Source: Deltaproteobacteria bacterium UBA2221 (lineage in GTDB: Bacteria; Desulfobacterota; Syntrophorhabdia; Syntrophorhabdales; WCHB1-27). Taken from it: 17,834 nt of DNA. The notes beneath the pieces are model-generated. The model was not told the origin of the DNA, did not search any database, and was given only the letters and a program-made list of their open reading frames with translations. Location: contig DCUF01000004.1 of NCBI GenBank assembly GCA_002328485.1, positions 4,769 to 22,602 of the forward strand, given 5' to 3'. This document shows, piece after piece, positions 15,760 through 17,834 of the stretch. Each line of letters opens with the position of its first letter. The first letter of the stretch is position 1. Position numbers and translations under genes: made by a program.

Positions 15760-17016
15760 CTATTTGACACCGAGACGACGGCTCGATTCGGCACTCATCA
15801 GGGGTGGAGCACGATCGGGCATGAACCGGTATCCCACCTCGTTAACCAGAGAATTGGCAAAATGAACGATGAGCAGATCATCGGGGATGTTATCGACCTC
15901 CCCTGGAGCGTGATGATGAAGGGCAATCACGGTATAGATGTCGGAGAAATTCCATCTTTTGAGGAGCACTGAACCGAACTGGCAATGATTCGCTTGAACG
16001 GTGTTCAAGAATTCCTCTTCGCCAATCTGGCCAGGCACGCTCCCTTTCATTTCCAACTCCGCTAGTATCTGCAGAAGGACGAGCTTACCCAGATCATGAA
16101 ACAGTCCCAGGGTAAACGGGTCGTTCTCTGATTTCATGCCCAACAGGTGAACCGTCGTTTGGGAGGCGTAAGCGCAGGCCAGGGAGTGTTGCCAGAGGCG
16201 CTCGATAAAGGGGAGATACTTCTTTTCACGCACCGTGTAAAGTGATCTGTTGCTGATCACGTTAACGTACTGCTGAATCGTCTGCATCCCCAGCCTCGCG
16301 ATACATTGTTCGAGATTCTTATTTTCCGACATACCCCTATACATGGCTGAATTGGAAACGCTGATAAGCTTGGACGAGATTGCCACGTCCTGCTTGAGGA
16401 GGTCCGCTATCTCCCTGTAACCCGCCCCGGCATCCACAAGCTGCCGAAACTTGACATTGATCTCGGGGATGGATGGGAGGTTGATCTCCCCTTGCTTAAG
16501 GCGAATGGCGATTTCATTGATGATCGTCGATTTCTTTTGCGGCTCAAAGCGGACTTCGTCAACAGACCCCTGGGGCTTAGCGGTTTGACCAAACCCCTGT
16601 TCCAGCTCCACGATCCTTTCCTTCAGGGAGATAATCGTCTGCCTCATCTGTTCGATCTGGCTGAACTTGTTAATCGCCTCACTGATGGAAACGTTGAGCA
16701 GCTCATGAAAGGCACCGAATTTGACAATATAGTTGTAGGCCCCGGCCTTGATGGCATCGATCGCGCATCTGGAGTTGTCGGGCGGTGTCAGTACCAGAAC
16801 GGGCAGATACGACCTGGCCAGCACCCCGGTCATAAAGTCCATACCCCAGAGATCTGAGAATTTATGGTCAAGAAGCAGGCAGTCGATCTCGTCGAGACGA
16901 GGGGGGATCTCCTTCGGAGAGGTTATGGTGACGATTTCAAAAGGGCCGCTAAGACTATCGCGGAGAACCTCGCCTTCGTCCGCGCCTGCCATTGCAAGGA
17001 GAACCTTTCTTTTCAC
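15760..17016 (-). CDS. response regulator with N-terminal receiver (REC) domain and C-terminal HDOD domain
   Basis: REC: the conserved phospho-acceptor position aligns with LLLDhkfsDL, Thr in VLVLTPP, Lys in YIVKFGA. A central coiled coil follows. HDOD: LPSIPEINVKFRQLVDAGAGYREIADLLKQDVAISSKLISVSNSAMYRG...LGMQTIQQYV and the later LGLFHDLGKL, HH..G. GTG start with AGGAGA 4 nt upstream. Confidence 0.8.
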   Translation of the reverse strand: MKRKVLLAMAGADEGEVLRDSLSGPFEIVTITSPKEIPPRLDEIDCLLLDHKFSDLWGMDFMTGVLARSYLPVLVLTPPDNSRCAIDAIKAGAYNYIVKFGAFHELLNVSISEAINKFSQIEQMRQTIISLKERIVELEQGFGQTAKPQGSVDEVRFEPQKKSTIINEIAIRLKQGEINLPSIPEINVKFRQLVDAGAGYREIADLLKQDVAISSKLISVSNSAMYRGMSENKNLEQCIARLGMQTIQQYVNVISNRSLYTVREKKYLPFIERLWQHSLACAYASQTTVHLLGMKSENDPFTLGLFHDLGKLVLLQILAELEMKGSVPGQIGEEEFLNTVQANHCQFGSVLLKRWNFSDIYTVIALHHHAPGEVDNIPDDLLIVHFANSLVNEVGYRFMPDRAPPLMSAESSRRLGVK

Positions 17017-17229
17017 GTACTCTCCTTTCCTCTACCAACTTTCAGATTACAATAGGGAGTGCTTCCTTCGTGTACGCTTTATCCCGATTATCGGCAATTC
17101 GATGGCACACTATCGGCCTTTTTGCCCCGTAGGGCAATCCCTTGACGGGGATTACCCGCCGAGGGATGCAGACCCTGAGGCATTGTTCCTGCGGCAAAGG
17201 CTTACGGACTCAAAGTCCGGCGGAAAAAT

Positions 17230-17721
17230 CTATAACCTCACACTCTTTGCACTTTCCTCTACCTCTGCCTTCATGCGCTCCTTCAGGGTATCGAGCCGAA
17301 CAGCCACCTCGGGATATTTGATTCCAAGAATCTGGCAAGCAAGGATTGCTGCATTCCTGGAGGCGTTGATCCCCACCGTAGCGACCGGAACACCCTTGGG
17401 CATCTGAACAATAGAGAGCAAGGCGTCGACTCCCGCAAGGGCACCTCCCTGCAAGGGTATGCCGATCACAGGAAGAGAGGTGTAAGCCGCAACTACGCCC
17501 GGTAGATGGGCAGCGAGACCAGCCCCTGCGATAATCACCTCAATCCCCTGGGACCGGGCTTGCCTCGCCAGTGATACGGTTCTTTCAGGATGGCGGTGAG
17601 CGGATGAAATCTCCATGCGAAACGGAACGTCCATCTCCCGGAGAATAGCCACTCCGTCCTCCATAACAGGCAAATCACTTGCGCTACCCAGAACGATCAA
17701 TATCTTCTCTTTCTGATCCAT
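17230..17721 (-). CDS. purE: N5-carboxyaminoimidazole ribonucleotide mutase PurE
   Basis: KILIVLGSASDLPVME...SAHRHPERT...VIIAGAGLAAHLPGVVAA...SIVQMPKGVPVATVGI is canonical class I PurE. I chose ATG at 17721 (MDQKEK..., GAGGGGGAAGG Shine-Dalgarno just upstream), which gives 163 aa like E. coli PurE, rather than the ORF-track ATG at 17760. Confidence 0.85.
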   Translation of the reverse strand: MDQKEKILIVLGSASDLPVMEDGVAILREMDVPFRMEISSAHRHPERTVSLARQARSQGIEVIIAGAGLAAHLPGVVAAYTSLPVIGIPLQGGALAGVDALLSIVQMPKGVPVATVGINASRNAAILACQILGIKYPEVAVRLDTLKERMKAEVEESAKSVRL

Positions 17722-17763
17722 AACCTTCCCCCTCGATTTACCCCGACCTAAACGGGACATAGT

Positions 17764-17792
17764 AAAATAGCAGATTGGCGCAGAGATTGTAA
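17764..17792 (-). promoter_or_regulatory. candidate sigma-70 promoter for purE: -35 TTACAA, 17-nt spacer, -10 TATTTT
   Basis: On the minus strand, TTACAA is the reverse complement of 17787-17792 and TATTTT is the reverse complement of 17764-17769, with a 17-nt spacer, about 40 nt upstream of the preferred purE start. Confidence 0.3.
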
Positions 17793-17834
17793 GGTGTAAG
17801 ACTGATAGGGGCAGGGCAAACGCATTTGGACTCT

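Noticed and set aside
16748-17407. 219-aa + strand ORF spanning the REC-HDOD start, the intergenic region and the purE 3' end
   Set aside because: It crosses two well-supported minus-strand genes and an intergenic spacer, and has a Ser/Arg-rich translation with no motif. It is an ORF-finder artefact.
1-17834. Looked for tRNA/rRNA genes and CRISPR arrays
   Set aside because: No T-loop or anticodon-arm-like cloverleaf candidates, no rRNA-like stretches, and no regularly spaced direct repeats. The only tandem repeat is the trivial 3 x 7-bp unit at 560-580.

Overview
This 17.8-kb window, from a moderately GC-rich bacterium, is gene-dense and mostly housekeeping. Gene content and codon usage suggest a Desulfobacterota-like anaerobe, but that is only an inference. 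On the + strand: the 3' two-thirds of a group 1/2 sigma-70 factor, murJ (lipid II flippase), an MFS transporter and a prohibitin/SPFH membrane protein. On the - strand: a YtpB/DUF2600-like terpene-synthase-family protein, ubiE/menG, a glucose-6-phosphate isomerase homolog that lacks its N-terminal domain, a MoaD/ThiS-like beta-grasp protein, comM/yifB, a short ManC-type mannose-1-phosphate guanylyltransferase, the sirtuin cobB, a DmpA/S58 peptidase, a small DMT (DUF486) protein, a REC-HDOD response regulator and purE. A cyclase/KynB-like gene is on the + strand. I found no rRNA, tRNA or CRISPR array. Six things are not explained by ordinary annotation. 1) A near-consensus sigma-70 promoter and a 16-bp-stem intrinsic terminator bracket a ~130-nt non-coding stretch upstream of the prohibitin gene; this could be an sRNA or an attenuator leader. 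2) A degenerate IS3-family orfA remnant (frameshifted, with no orfB) sits between the prohibitin and ytpB-like genes, next to unusual G-homopolymer tracts. 3) The DUF2600 terpene-synthase-like gene is adjacent to ubiE/menG, with a strongly Shine-Dalgarno-preceded 49-aa membrane ORF between them. 4) The pgi homolog is missing its first SIS domain. It has acquired a TATAAT box, a Shine-Dalgarno site and a 21-codon upstream ORF whose stop overlaps its TTG start. 5) A perfect 10-bp inverted repeat abuts a TATAAT box upstream of manC. 6) The MoaD-like protein lacks the C-terminal Gly-Gly. I see no convincing evidence of a defence island or a novel multi-gene system; the calls above are the honest extent of what the sequence supports.
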